A stretch of DNA of 48,123 nucleotides from an uncultured Rhodospirillaceae bacterium (GTDB lineage Bacteria > Pseudomonadota > Alphaproteobacteria > UBA8366 > GCA-2717185): contig CAJWOT010000003.1 of the NCBI GenBank assembly GCA_913044215.1, forward strand, positions 1-48,123, written 5' to 3'. The notes below the pieces were generated by a model. That model did not search any database. It saw nothing but the letters and a program-made list of their open reading frames with translations, and was not told the DNA's origin. How positions within the stretch are numbered: the first letter of the stretch is position 1; every line of letters starts with the position of its first letter. The translations under genes were made by a program, and so were the position numbers. Shown here piece after piece: positions 1 to 9,008 of this stretch.

Positions 1-469
1 CATCCTGCGGCGGCGCGGAAGCCACGATGCGCTTCACCCCGGCGACCTTCGCCGTGACCACGCTCATATGGGCAGAGGCTACCATCGGATATTTGCCGCC
101 CGGGACATAACAGCCGACGCTGTTCACCGGAATATTGCGGTGACCGAGCACGACACCCGGCATCGTTTCCACCTCGAGATCCTGCAGGCATGCCTTCTGC
201 TTTTCAGCGAAGTTCTTTACCTGCGCCTGGGCGAATTTGATGTCCTCGAGATCGCGTTTGGCGACCTTGCTCATGGCGGACTCGATCTCGCGGTCGGAAA
301 GACGGAAGGCGTCGGGTGACCAGTTATCGAATTTGGCGGACAGTTCACGCACGGCCGCGTCGCCGCGCTGCTCCACTTTGGTCAGGATTCCTTCGACGGT
401 TTGCCGGGTCTTTGCATCATCCTGGGCAACTTCCTCGGCGTCTTTACCCTGTTTCAAATACCGCGCCAT
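1..469 (-). CDS. Histidinol dehydrogenase family protein (HisD/HpsN-like paralog), 5' part only; runs off the window edge
   Basis: Not in the ORF track because it has no stop in the window. Manual translation from ATG 469 gives [18 protein letters not shown]...[14 protein letters not shown]...[46 protein letters not shown], the HisD-family N-terminus with the YVPGG motif. Confidence 0.85.
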   Translation of the reverse strand, partial: MARYLKQGKDAEEVAQDDAKTRQTVEGILTKVEQRGDAAVRELSAKFDNWSPDAFRLSDREIESAMSKVAKRDLEDIKFAQAQVKNFAEKQKACLQDLEVETMPGVVLGHRNIPVNSVGCYVPGGKYPMVASAHMSVVTAKVAGVKRIVASAPPQD

Positions 470-602
470 CCTACTGTTCCCCTGTTTGTGAACTTTGGTC
501 AGAACATAGCTATGGGTGCGCATGCCCGACAATGCATGTCGCCCAATAGTTTTGGTTTCTTTGACTGGAGGCCGATTAACCGGCCCAAAAAAACTTTTTT
601 AC

Positions 603-761
603 CTACGCAGTAGGCTCGTCCGATGTGTCCGCTGGCGCATCGATACCCGCCTTCTTTTGTTCCGATTTTTCACGTTTGGCCTCGAGCCGTGCGGCCTTCT
701 TGGCAGCTTTGGCACGTTCGCGTTCCAGGCGTTCAAACTTGTAGTTCGGTTTTCGCGGCAC
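603..761 (-). CDS. Small basic hypothetical protein, 52 aa (MPRKPNYKFERLERERAKAAKKAARLEAKREKSEQKKAGIDAPADTSDEPTA)
   Basis: GTG at 761 has AAGGA 6 nt upstream; TAG at 605-603. Same strand as, and just downstream of, csp. Below the ORF-track length cutoff. Confidence 0.7.
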   Translation of the reverse strand: MPRKPNYKFERLERERAKAAKKAARLEAKREKSEQKKAGIDAPADTSDEPTA

Positions 762-853
762 GTTCGTTCCTTTTCAAATTCGGCCTCTGCGCGAGGCGCC
801 AATGCGCCCCGAACAGATGCCAAGTTCGCGGGCGAAAACCCGCTTCAATCTGG

Positions 854-1063
854 TCAGTCCATCGCAACCAGGTTTTCGGCAGACGACTTGCCGTTGCGGC
901 CCGCAACCAGCTCGTATTCCACTTTCTGACCTTCGCGCAGGGTCGACATACCTGCCTGTTCGACGGCGGAAATGTGAACGAATGCGTCATTACCGCCGTC
1001 GCTGGGCTCAATGAAGCCGTAGCCTTTCTGCGGGTTGAACCATTTAACGGTACCAGATGCCAT
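854..1063 (-). CDS. cspA: Cold-shock protein (CspA family)
   Basis: GTVKWFN, KGYGFI (RNP1) and AFVHIS (RNP2) motifs; AGGAG RBS. Confidence 0.95.
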   Translation of the reverse strand: MASGTVKWFNPQKGYGFIEPSDGGNDAFVHISAVEQAGMSTLREGQKVEYELVAGRNGKSSAENLVAMD

Positions 1064-1176
1064 AGTGCTTACTCCTGTTTTGGCAAAATTCGTGTTATTG
1101 GTTGATACAATTCTTGTATTCGGGGTCTGTCGTTATCGCGATTTTGTTGAAAGCCTAGCCTTTACGGCCGACGCGG

Positions 1177-2436
1177 TCACGCGGCGCGTTTCGGCTGCCG
1201 CCCGCGTGGCGGCCGACGGCGCCGTTTCGACGGGCGCCGTTGCTGCTGACGTGCCGGTTTCTTCATGTCTTCCTTAGACGGTTCGGAAGCGCGGCTGGTG
1301 CGTTGCGAATGGTCTTCGACAACTTCGACCGACATTTTGATCAATTTCTCAATGTCCCGCAGGTACGCCCGTTCGCTCGGGTCGCAGAAGGAGAGCGCCG
1401 CTCCGCTGGCGCCGGCCCGTGCCGTCCGACCGATCCGATGGACATAACTTTCCGGTTCGTTGGGCAATTCGAAATTCACGACATGGGTGACGTCATCGAT
1501 GTCGATACCGCGGGCCGCGATATCGGTCGCAACCAGCACCTGCACCTTGCTCTTCCGGAAGGCCTCCAAGGCGCGTTGCCGGGCATTTTGAGATTTGTTG
1601 CCGTGAATGGCTTCCGCGGTGATGCCGGCTTGCCCGAGCTGCTTCGCGACTCGGTTGGCCCGATGCTTGGTGCGGGTGAAAACGATCACACGGAACATCG
1701 ACTGCTCGCGGATAAGATCCTCCAGCAGGTCGCGCTTGCGCGCCGCTTCGACGAAATAGACCTTTTGATCGATCAGCTCGACCGGTGTCGCCGAAGGCGC
1801 CACTTCCACGCGGCGCGGATCGTTAAGGATTTCCGCCGCCAGCTTCGCAACATCGCGGGGCATCGTCGCCGAAAACAAAAGCGATTGCCGTTTGACGGGC
1901 AGTTTCGCCACGATCTTCCGGACATCGTGGATGAAGCCCATATCGAGCATGCGGTCGGCTTCGTCGAGCACGAGCGTCGTGGCCTTGTCGAGCAGCAAGT
2001 GCCCCTGTTGCATCAGATCGAGCAATCGTCCCGGCGTCGCCACCAGGATATCCACGCCGCGATTCAGCGCCTTCACCTGCGGATTCTGTCCCACGCCGCC
2101 ATAGATCACGGCATGGCGAAGCTTCAGATTTTGGCCATAGGCCTTGAACCCATCGCCGATTTGGATGGCCAACTCTCGCGTGGGCGCCAAGATCAACGCA
2201 CGGGGACGCCGCGCCTCAGGCCGTTTTTTCGCCTCGGCCAATCGCTGCAGAATCGGAAGTGCGAAAGCCGCCGTCTTGCCCGTGCCGGTCTGTGCCAGCC
2301 CCATGAGATCGCCACCGTCGAGCAGCAAAGGAATCGCTTGCGCCTGAATGGGCGTCGGCTCGGAATAGTTCTCGGCGCTGAGTGCACGCAGAAGCGGCAC
2401 GGCGAGGCCGAGCTCGGAAAACGTCGTTTTGGTCAA
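1177..2436 (-). CDS. rhlE: DEAD-box RNA helicase, RhlE-like
   Basis: Q motif, [31 protein letters not shown] and [10 protein letters not shown] motifs, plus a basic C-terminal tail. Start moved to TTG 2436 (AAGGA upstream) rather than 2511. Confidence 0.9.
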   Translation of the reverse strand: MTKTTFSELGLAVPLLRALSAENYSEPTPIQAQAIPLLLDGGDLMGLAQTGTGKTAAFALPILQRLAEAKKRPEARRPRALILAPTRELAIQIGDGFKAYGQNLKLRHAVIYGGVGQNPQVKALNRGVDILVATPGRLLDLMQQGHLLLDKATTLVLDEADRMLDMGFIHDVRKIVAKLPVKRQSLLFSATMPRDVAKLAAEILNDPRRVEVAPSATPVELIDQKVYFVEAARKRDLLEDLIREQSMFRVIVFTRTKHRANRVAKQLGQAGITAEAIHGNKSQNARQRALEAFRKSKVQVLVATDIAARGIDIDDVTHVVNFELPNEPESYVHRIGRTARAGASGAALSFCDPSERAYLRDIEKLIKMSVEVVEDHSQRTSRASEPSKEDMKKPARQQQRRPSKRRRRPPRGRQPKRAA

Positions 2437-2776
2437 TTCAGTAAAAGTCCTTTTACGCCAGGCGGCGCACATCCTCATTCGGGCGGCGCCATGATGTGGC
2501 TTGGTCGCCAACTTCCACGCGCAAATGGAACAGACGGATTTTGAGAGAGATTTGCCTCGGGAATAGGCAATCGCAGTGTTGCTGCAATTACGTCGCGCAG
2601 TCGCGAGAAATCATAATGGCTTCCAAATGAGCCTTAAACTGTTGGGTGTCAAGTTAATTCCACCGGCCACACCGTGCATGGCAGCCGTGCAATATTTGAA
2701 CGTAACGGGGGATTTTGATAACGATTCCCCCGGTAAAGCCCGATTGCCTTACAATTCGGCCCGGAAGGAGACCGCG

Positions 2777-3625
2777 ATGTCACTCGAAATCCAACCCCTG
2801 GACGACGCCCTCGGTGCCGAGGTGTCCGGACTGGACCTGTCCCGCGATCTGACCTCGGAAGAAATTGGTGCGGTACAAGATGCGTTTCTGAAGCACCATC
2901 TCCTATGCTTCCGCAGCGATCCGCTGGCGCCGCAGGATTTTGCGACCCTGTCACGCCATTTTGGCGACCCGCAGCTTCAACTCATTCGCAAGAGCCGGCA
3001 TGACGACGTTCCGGAAATCTCCGTGCTCGATTCCACCTACAAGCGTCCGGAAGACAAACCGGCGGATCTAAAGCTCAATCGCAAGGCGGGATGGCATACA
3101 GACGATTCCTATTTCGAGGTTCCGGCCAAGGTCACGCTGCTGCAGTCAATCGAGATTCCGGATATCGGTGGGCACACGCAGTTCTGCAATACGCGCAAGG
3201 CCTATGAAGAGTTGCCGGATACGGACAAGAAGCGGGTCGAAGGACTCCTTGCCGTCCATGCCTACGACACGATGCGCGCCCCCGCCCGCGCGCAGAAGCG
3301 AACCAAGCAGGAAGAAGCCGAGACGCCGGAGGTCGTCCATCCGCTGATCCGGACCCATGAGGATACGGGCGCGAAGGCGTTCTATTTCAACCCGAACCGG
3401 ACGGATCGGATCGTCGATATGGGGCGGGCGGAAAGCGACGCGCTGCTCGATTGGGTCCACGATACGATCACGCAAGATAAGTACCGTTATGATCATGAAT
3501 GGCGCGTCGGCGACATTCTGATCTGGGATAACCGCTGTCTGGTCCATTCGGTCAATGTGGATTTCCCGGTCGGCCAGACCCGTCTACACCAGCGCATCCT
3601 GCTTAAGGGATCGCGCCCACAATAG
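2777..3625 (+). CDS. TauD/TfdA family Fe(II)/2-oxoglutarate dioxygenase
   Basis: WHTD facial-triad start, HPLIRTH, and WDNRCLVH...R. ATG 2777 follows AAGGAG. Confidence 0.9.
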   Translation: MSLEIQPLDDALGAEVSGLDLSRDLTSEEIGAVQDAFLKHHLLCFRSDPLAPQDFATLSRHFGDPQLQLIRKSRHDDVPEISVLDSTYKRPEDKPADLKLNRKAGWHTDDSYFEVPAKVTLLQSIEIPDIGGHTQFCNTRKAYEELPDTDKKRVEGLLAVHAYDTMRAPARAQKRTKQEEAETPEVVHPLIRTHEDTGAKAFYFNPNRTDRIVDMGRAESDALLDWVHDTITQDKYRYDHEWRVGDILIWDNRCLVHSVNVDFPVGQTRLHQRILLKGSRPQ

Positions 3626-3635
3626 GGCAAATGAC

Positions 3636-4400
3636 ATGAATCTGTTTGATTTGAAGGGCCGCGTCGCCATCGTGACGGGCGGCAATGGCGGCATCGGTCT
3701 CGGTATGGCCAAGGGTATGGCCTCCATCGGCGCCTCGATCGTCGTGGCCGGCCGCAATGCAGACAAGGCCGCAGATGCGGTGAAGCAGCTGCAAGATATG
3801 GGCGCCGAAGCGGTTTTTATTCCGGTCGACGTGTCGGACGACAAATCCTGCGCCGACCTGATCGCGGCGAGCGCAGCGCACTTCGGCCGTCTGGATATCC
3901 TGATCAACAATGCCGGGATCAACAACCGCAAGCAGCCCCATGAATATGAGATGGCCGAATGGCGCGAGGTGCTGGACATCAATCTGAACAGCGCCTTCGC
4001 TTGCTGCCAGGCCGCCTATCCGCATATGCAGGAAGCCGGTGGCGGCAAGATCATTAATATCGGCTCCATGTACTCACTTTTCGGCGGCGCCTTTACGGTT
4101 CCCTACGCCGCCAGCAAGGGCGGTATCGTGCAGATGACAAAAGGGCTCGCTGCCGCCTGGGCAAAGGACAATATCCAGGTGAACGCAGTACTGCCCGGTT
4201 GGATCGACACGGAACTGACGCAGAACGCACGGCGCGTTTTGAGCGACTTGAACGACAATGTTCTGCGCCGCACGCCGGCGGGACGCTGGGGCGACATCGA
4301 GGACATGGCCGGTATCGCCGCCTTCCTCGCTTCGTCCGCCTCCGATTTCGTGACCGGTACCGCAATTCCCGTCGATGGCGGTTACGCCGTACTCGGATGA
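3636..4400 (+). CDS. Short-chain dehydrogenase/reductase (KduD / 2-deoxygluconate 3-dehydrogenase-like)
   Basis: TGGNGGIG, NNAG, YAASK and VDGG motifs. Confidence 0.9.
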   Translation: MNLFDLKGRVAIVTGGNGGIGLGMAKGMASIGASIVVAGRNADKAADAVKQLQDMGAEAVFIPVDVSDDKSCADLIAASAAHFGRLDILINNAGINNRKQPHEYEMAEWREVLDINLNSAFACCQAAYPHMQEAGGGKIINIGSMYSLFGGAFTVPYAASKGGIVQMTKGLAAAWAKDNIQVNAVLPGWIDTELTQNARRVLSDLNDNVLRRTPAGRWGDIEDMAGIAAFLASSASDFVTGTAIPVDGGYAVLG

Positions 4401-5281
4401 CCCCCGAAGACATCCTCCAGCATCCGCCGATCGCGCTCAGTCAGGCGCAGCGCGAGTCCTATTTCGAGAACGGCTTCGTCGCCGTCGACGGGCTGGTGCC
4501 TGCAGAATGGGTGCAGCGTCTCACCGCGCGATCCGAGGCGTTCTTGGAGGAAAGCCGTTCTCTGACCCAATCGAACGAAGCGTTCGACCTGGGGCCGGAC
4601 CATTCCGCCGATGATCCACGCGTCCGGCGCTTGCGCGCGACGGTAGACCGCCATCCGGAGTTTTGGGAGTTCGCCTGCAATTCCGTTTTCACGGATGTCG
4701 CAGCCGATCTGGTTGGGCCGGACGTCAAATTTCACAGTGCGAAGCTTAACTACAAATGGCCGGGTGCGGGCGAGATCGTTCATTGGCACCAGGACATACC
4801 CGCCTGGCCGCACACCAACTACAGCCCTGTCACGTTGGGCGTCTATCTGGACACCGTTGATCCGGAGCACGGACCGCTGTTGTGCGTTCCCGGCAGCCAC
4901 GAAGGCCCATTGTTCAGGCATGACAATGAAGACGGGTCGTGGCGCGGTATCATTGCCGACGATGACTTGGACACGGTCGATCTGGAAAGTGCGGCCGCGC
5001 TCACCGGCGGGCCCGGCACAGTCGTGGCCATCAATTGCCGAACGATCCACGGGTCGCATGCCAACCGGTCCGATTCCGTCCGTCCCTTATTGCTTTACGT
5101 CTATAGCTCGGCCGACGCCTTCGCCTGGATGCCGCCGCCGACACCGACGCACCACACGGGTGACATCGTGCGCGGCAATCCGGCGCGCACCGCGCATCTC
5201 GATCCCCGCCCCTGCCCCGTGCCGCCGAATTGGGCGGAACAAGGGTACGGGTCGATCTTCACTGCGCAGCAGGGCGGTTAG
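4397..5281 (+). CDS. Phytanoyl-CoA dioxygenase (PhyH) family Fe/2OG dioxygenase
   Basis: WHQD...IHGS..N....R motif; ATGA overlap with the SDR stop. Confidence 0.88.
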   Translation: MTPEDILQHPPIALSQAQRESYFENGFVAVDGLVPAEWVQRLTARSEAFLEESRSLTQSNEAFDLGPDHSADDPRVRRLRATVDRHPEFWEFACNSVFTDVAADLVGPDVKFHSAKLNYKWPGAGEIVHWHQDIPAWPHTNYSPVTLGVYLDTVDPEHGPLLCVPGSHEGPLFRHDNEDGSWRGIIADDDLDTVDLESAAALTGGPGTVVAINCRTIHGSHANRSDSVRPLLLYVYSSADAFAWMPPPTPTHHTGDIVRGNPARTAHLDPRPCPVPPNWAEQGYGSIFTAQQGG

Positions 5282-5359
5282 GTCAGGCTATACACCAGCT
5301 AACCGGCATCCGGCGCAACCGGGCTGGAATACATAGATTTTACCAGAGCGAGGTCTCCT

Positions 5360-6055
5360 ATGATCGACCTGTACACCGCCGCCACGCCGAATGGGCAGAA
5401 GGTCCATATCATGTTGGAGGAGACGGGCCTGCCCTACAACGAGCACTATGTCTCCATCGACAAAGGTGAACAATTCGCCCCCGAATTCCTCGCCATCAGC
5501 CCGAACAACAAGATACCGGCAATCGTCGACCATGACGGGCCGGGCGGCGAGACCGTCTCGATCTTCGAGTCCGGCTGTATTCTGCAGTATCTGGCGGAGA
5601 AGACCGGCCGTTTTCTGCCGGATTCACCGCTGAAGCGGATCGAAACCATGGAATGGCTGTTCTGGCAGATGGGTGGCTTCGGTCCGATGTTGGGCCAGGC
5701 ACATCATTTTCGCGCCTACGCGCCGGAACGCATTCAATACGCCTATGACCGCTATTCGAACGAGGCGCAACGCCTCTATCAGGTCCTCGACCGGCGTCTC
5801 GCGGGACGCGACTATGTCGCCGCCGGCGAATACACGATTGCCGACATGGCGATATTTCCCTGGTGCCGATTGCACGGCCGTCAGGGTCAGGATCTTGCCG
5901 ACTACCCAAATGTCAAACGCTGGTTCGACGCGATCGCGCAGCGGCCGGCCGTCATCCGCGACATGGCGAAACTGGAAGACAAGGCGGATCAGAAGAACTG
6001 GAGCGCCGAAGACTGGTCGAACCTGTTCGGGTCCGAACAATATCGCAGGCGATAG
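5360..6055 (+). CDS. Glutathione S-transferase, YfcG/YghU (Nu-class)-like
   Basis: TPNG N-terminal motif, SPNNKIPAI, FESG, WLFWQMGG.GPM.GQ; GAGG RBS. Confidence 0.92.
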   Translation: MIDLYTAATPNGQKVHIMLEETGLPYNEHYVSIDKGEQFAPEFLAISPNNKIPAIVDHDGPGGETVSIFESGCILQYLAEKTGRFLPDSPLKRIETMEWLFWQMGGFGPMLGQAHHFRAYAPERIQYAYDRYSNEAQRLYQVLDRRLAGRDYVAAGEYTIADMAIFPWCRLHGRQGQDLADYPNVKRWFDAIAQRPAVIRDMAKLEDKADQKNWSAEDWSNLFGSEQYRRR

Positions 6056-6075
6056 TCCAGATTCTCCATAGGTGA

Positions 6076-6107
6076 TGGAGCCGTGAACACACTGTGCTCA
6101 GGCTCCA
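6076..6107. terminator. Stem-loop between convergent GST and csp genes (possible terminator)
   Basis: TGGAGCC-g-TGAACAC-act-GTGCTCA-GGCTCCA inverted repeat. No clear U-tract on either strand. Confidence 0.35.
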
Positions 6108-6130
6108 ACCAAATTAATTCGGAAACGCTC

Positions 6131-6337
6131 TTAGTCGAGCAGTTTCAAATTGTCCGCGGCCATCTTGCCGTTACGGCCCTCGGTCAACTCGTATTCGACC
6201 TTGGCGCCTTCGTCGAGGCCCGGAAGACCGGCCCGCTCAACGGCTGAGATATGAACAAATGCGTCGTTACCGCCATCTTCAGGCTCGATGAAACCGTAGC
6301 CTTTTTGATGGTTGAACCACTTGACGGTGCCTTTCAT
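6131..6337 (-). CDS. Cold-shock protein (CspA family), second paralog
   Basis: GTVKWFN, KGYGFI and AFVHIS motifs. Start at ATG 6337 after GGAGGG. Confidence 0.93.
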   Translation of the reverse strand: MKGTVKWFNHQKGYGFIEPEDGGNDAFVHISAVERAGLPGLDEGAKVEYELTEGRNGKMAADNLKLLD

Positions 6338-6525
6338 TTTTCCCTCCATCGGGATCGCAAGAATACGGCACCCGGAACAGCCCGGGGCCTAAGAATCCAA
6401 TATTTCTGGAGGGAAATTCACGCTTCATGGGAAACAGTTTAGCCCGCCAACATACTGGAACAAAATACGTTCTGCCTACCCTGACAAATCGCACACCCGG
6501 ATCAACACGACCCGGGATTTTATTA

Positions 6526-6602
6526 TGGTAGCGGAGGAGGGACTTGAACCCCCGACACGCGGATTATGATTCCGCTGCTCTAACCAACTGAGCTACTCCG
6601 CC
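6526..6602 (-). tRNA. tRNA-Met (CAT), probably elongator
   Basis: GGCGGAGTAGCTCAGTTGGTTAGAGCAGCGGAATCATAATCCGCGTGTCGGGGGTTCAAGTCCCTCCTCCGCTACCA folds as a cloverleaf with CAT anticodon and encoded CCA. It lacks the initiator C1:A72 mismatch and the GGG/CCC anticodon stem. Confidence 0.95.
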
Positions 6603-6614
6603 ACGGTTGGGCTT

Positions 6615-6643
6615 CGAATACGATTTCGGCAGGCCGGTGTCAA
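6615..6643 (-). promoter_or_regulatory. Sigma70-type promoter for tRNA-Met
   Basis: TTGACA (6643-6638), 17 nt spacer, TATTCG (6620-6615), ending 12 nt before the tRNA. Confidence 0.6.
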
Positions 6644-6692
6644 CCGCGGAAACGTACGCGGATTTATGGTTAACGTCTTGTCTTTGTACCGA

Positions 6693-7067
6693 TTAATCAA
6701 TCAGCGGCGGGGCGGGCAAAGAGAGAGTCAAAGGTGCGTCGCTACCGCCCATCTCTGCACGGGTCGTCAGCTTCGTCATCAACCGCATCGAGGTGTCAAT
6801 CACCCAGCGCACTTGGCTTTCGCCGGCGGCATTACCGGCGGCCACCACTTCGGGCAGTATCTGTTCCTGCAGGAATCCCGAGACCCCGGCCAACCCGCGC
6901 GCCGTGACCCGTAACTTGTCCGACGGGACCGTGATGTCCGCGCCGACCTCCACGGCATCCGCGATACGGGAGAGCTCGGCAACCATGGCCGCGACCTCGG
7001 GTTCAGAAGCATCTGTCTTGGCCGCAATGAAGCGAAGATGCGCGGCGTAAAATCCGTACGCGGCCAT
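6693..7067 (-). CDS. Hypothetical protein, 124 aa
   Basis: TGATG overlap with the mnmA stop; fills the gap to the tRNA promoter. No motif recognised. Confidence 0.75.
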   Translation of the reverse strand: MAAYGFYAAHLRFIAAKTDASEPEVAAMVAELSRIADAVEVGADITVPSDKLRVTARGLAGVSGFLQEQILPEVVAAGNAAGESQVRWVIDTSMRLMTKLTTRAEMGGSDAPLTLSLPAPPLID

Positions 7068-8200
7068 CAGGCCGCCACACGATCCGCGTGTCTTCGAATC
7101 CAGCCACCGCCTAATACGCGGTCGCCGTCATAGACGACACAAGCCTGCCCCGGCGAGATTCCGAACTGCGGTTCGTCCAGGACAACGGTCGCATTGTCAT
7201 CGCCATCGTCGAAGAGACGCGCGCCCACCGGTGCCATCGTCGAACGTAACTTTACAGCACAATTGATACCTTCGGCGGGAATATCCGTCGCGCCCAGCCA
7301 ATTCAGCGATCCGATGTCGATGCGCCCAGTCCCCAGGGCGCTGCGCGGTCCGACAACAACCCGCCGCGAAGCAGGATCGAGCCGCACCACGTAGAGTGCT
7401 TCTTCACCTTCCGGCCGGCCGCCAAGGCTGAGCCCGCGCCGCTGGCCAATCGTAAAGTTGATTATGCCGGCGTGACGGCCCAGCACGGTGCCATCGAGGT
7501 CGACGATATCACCCGGATCGTGCGCTTCGGGGCGCAGTTTCTCGACGATGCGTGCGTAGTTGCCCTCCGGCACAAAGCAGATGTCCTGGCTGTCCGGCTT
7601 GGCGGCGACGGGGAGATCGAACCGTTCCGCATGGGCCCGCGTTTCCGCCTTTTCCATACCGCCCAACGGGAACCGAAGATAGTCGAGTTGGTCGCGCGTC
7701 GTCGCGAACAGAAAATAACTTTGGTCGCGCCCGGCATCGACGGCCCGCAAAAGGCCGGGCCCATCCGGCATCAGTTCGCGGCGCACGTAATGTCCGGTCG
7801 CGAGTGCGTCCGCGCCCAAATCTTTGGCCGTGGCCAGCAGATCGCGGAACTTGACGGTCTGATTGCAGCGGACACACGGGATTGGCGTTTCACCGCGCAG
7901 ATAGGAGTCGGCAAAATCATCGATCACCGCTTCGCGGAAACGGCTTTCGTAGTCGAGCACATAGTGGGGAATATCCAGCCGCGCCGCGACGGCACGCGCA
8001 TCGTAGATATCCTGGCCCGCACAGCAGGCTCCCTTGCGGCTGACCGCTGCACCATGATCGTAGAGCTGCAGGGTCACGCCGATGACTTCGTAACCCGCTT
8101 CCGCCATCAACGCGGCCGTGACAGAGGAATCTACGCCGCCCGACATGGCGACGACGACACGGGTTTCGGCAACGGGCTTATCGATGTCGAGGCCGTTCAT
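7067..8200 (-). CDS. mnmA: tRNA 2-thiouridine(34) synthase MnmA
   Basis: [10 protein letters not shown]-loop, [30 protein letters not shown] and PGQACV motifs. Confidence 0.97.
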   Translation of the reverse strand: MNGLDIDKPVAETRVVVAMSGGVDSSVTAALMAEAGYEVIGVTLQLYDHGAAVSRKGACCAGQDIYDARAVAARLDIPHYVLDYESRFREAVIDDFADSYLRGETPIPCVRCNQTVKFRDLLATAKDLGADALATGHYVRRELMPDGPGLLRAVDAGRDQSYFLFATTRDQLDYLRFPLGGMEKAETRAHAERFDLPVAAKPDSQDICFVPEGNYARIVEKLRPEAHDPGDIVDLDGTVLGRHAGIINFTIGQRRGLSLGGRPEGEEALYVVRLDPASRRVVVGPRSALGTGRIDIGSLNWLGATDIPAEGINCAVKLRSTMAPVGARLFDDGDDNATVVLDEPQFGISPGQACVVYDGDRVLGGGWIRRHADRVAA

Positions 8201-8239
8201 ATTCGATCGTTCTTGTCTCGCCGGTCGCCCGGTCTTGGA

Positions 8240-8578
8240 TCAGATGTGGAAGGACTCGCCGCAGCCGCAATGCCCTTTGGCATTGGGGTTGTTGAAGACG
8301 AAGCCTGATTGCAGCCTGTCTTCCTGATAATCCATCTCGGAGCCGATGAGGAACATCGTCGCTGCCGGATCGATCAGAACGCGTACGCCTTGGTCTTCCA
8401 CGACCTCCTCGAAGGGCAATTCCTTCTCGGCATACTCCACGTGATAGCTCATACCCGAACAGCCTTGCGCCTTCACGCCGACACGGATCCCGATCACCGG
8501 CTTATCGGCCGCGTCTAACAGGGACTTGATCCGCGCGACGGCGGCTTCGGTCAATGTCATCGCTGGAGGTCTGTCCAT
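8240..8578 (-). CDS. sufA: A-type Fe-S carrier (SufA/IscA, HesB family)
   Basis: GCSGMSY and CGCGESF motifs. Start is ATG 8578 (GGAG upstream) or ATG 8584. Confidence 0.9.
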   Translation of the reverse strand: MDRPPAMTLTEAAVARIKSLLDAADKPVIGIRVGVKAQGCSGMSYHVEYAEKELPFEEVVEDQGVRVLIDPAATMFLIGSEMDYQEDRLQSGFVFNNPNAKGHCGCGESFHI

Positions 8579-8592
8579 CACCATTCTCCGCC

Positions 8593-8994
8593 TTAAAACA
8601 TATCCAATTCGACGCGCGCCGCTTCCGACATCATAGACGGATCCCACGGCGGGTCCCAAACGATCTCGACGGTCACCTCGCCGACGCCGGCCACCGCAGC
8701 TGCGGCTTCGGCAACCTGTCCCGGCAGGATTCCGGCTACCGGACAGGCCGGTGCGGTCAATGTCATGTCGATCGCGACATCACCCTTTTCGTCGATCTCG
8801 CACTTATATATGAGACCCAATTCGTAAATGTTAACAGGAATTTCGGGGTCGTAGACCGTTTTCACACCCTCGATCACGGCCTCGACCGCGGCAACTGGTA
8901 CCGACGGGTCGCGCGGTTCACCGGCCTTGGCGATACCGTCTTCCGGCATCGGGGTCGGCATGAAACCAGCAAAAGGGGCGTGTTCCATAGACAT
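8593..8994 (-). CDS. sufT: SUF system Fe-S assembly protein, DUF59/SufT
   Basis: DPEIPVNIYELGLIY, TLTAPACP and WDPPWD motifs. Confidence 0.88.
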   Translation of the reverse strand: MSMEHAPFAGFMPTPMPEDGIAKAGEPRDPSVPVAAVEAVIEGVKTVYDPEIPVNIYELGLIYKCEIDEKGDVAIDMTLTAPACPVAGILPGQVAEAAAAVAGVGEVTVEIVWDPPWDPSMMSEAARVELDMF

Positions 8995-9008
8995 CTCGCA
9001 GTTCCGCC

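Noticed and set aside
569-600. GGCCG/CGGCC hairpin next to an A7/T6 tract as terminator of the small ORF
   Set aside because: On the minus strand the U-tract precedes rather than follows the stem, and the stem is short.
516-1105. Plus-strand ORFs 516-929 and 623-1105, and minus-strand ORF 599-823
   Set aside because: They overlap csp and the RBS-supported 52-aa ORF in other frames and show no protein-like features.
1240-2544. 434-aa plus-strand ORF (and similar long ORFs at 7472-8308, 9608-11011, 14789-15940, 17381-18493, 28677-29558, 29776-30684, 41164-42264)
   Set aside because: Antisense shadows of well-supported genes, expected from GC-rich codon bias; no motifs.
2576-2776. N-terminal extensions in the ORF track (TauD; also rhlE, SDR, PhyH, sufA, sufT, tyrS, glnE)
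   Set aside because: Downstream starts have better RBS or overlap support and match family N-termini.
6400-6602. Integrative element at tRNA-Met
   Set aside because: No integrase and no duplicated tRNA 3' end (att site) seen in the window.
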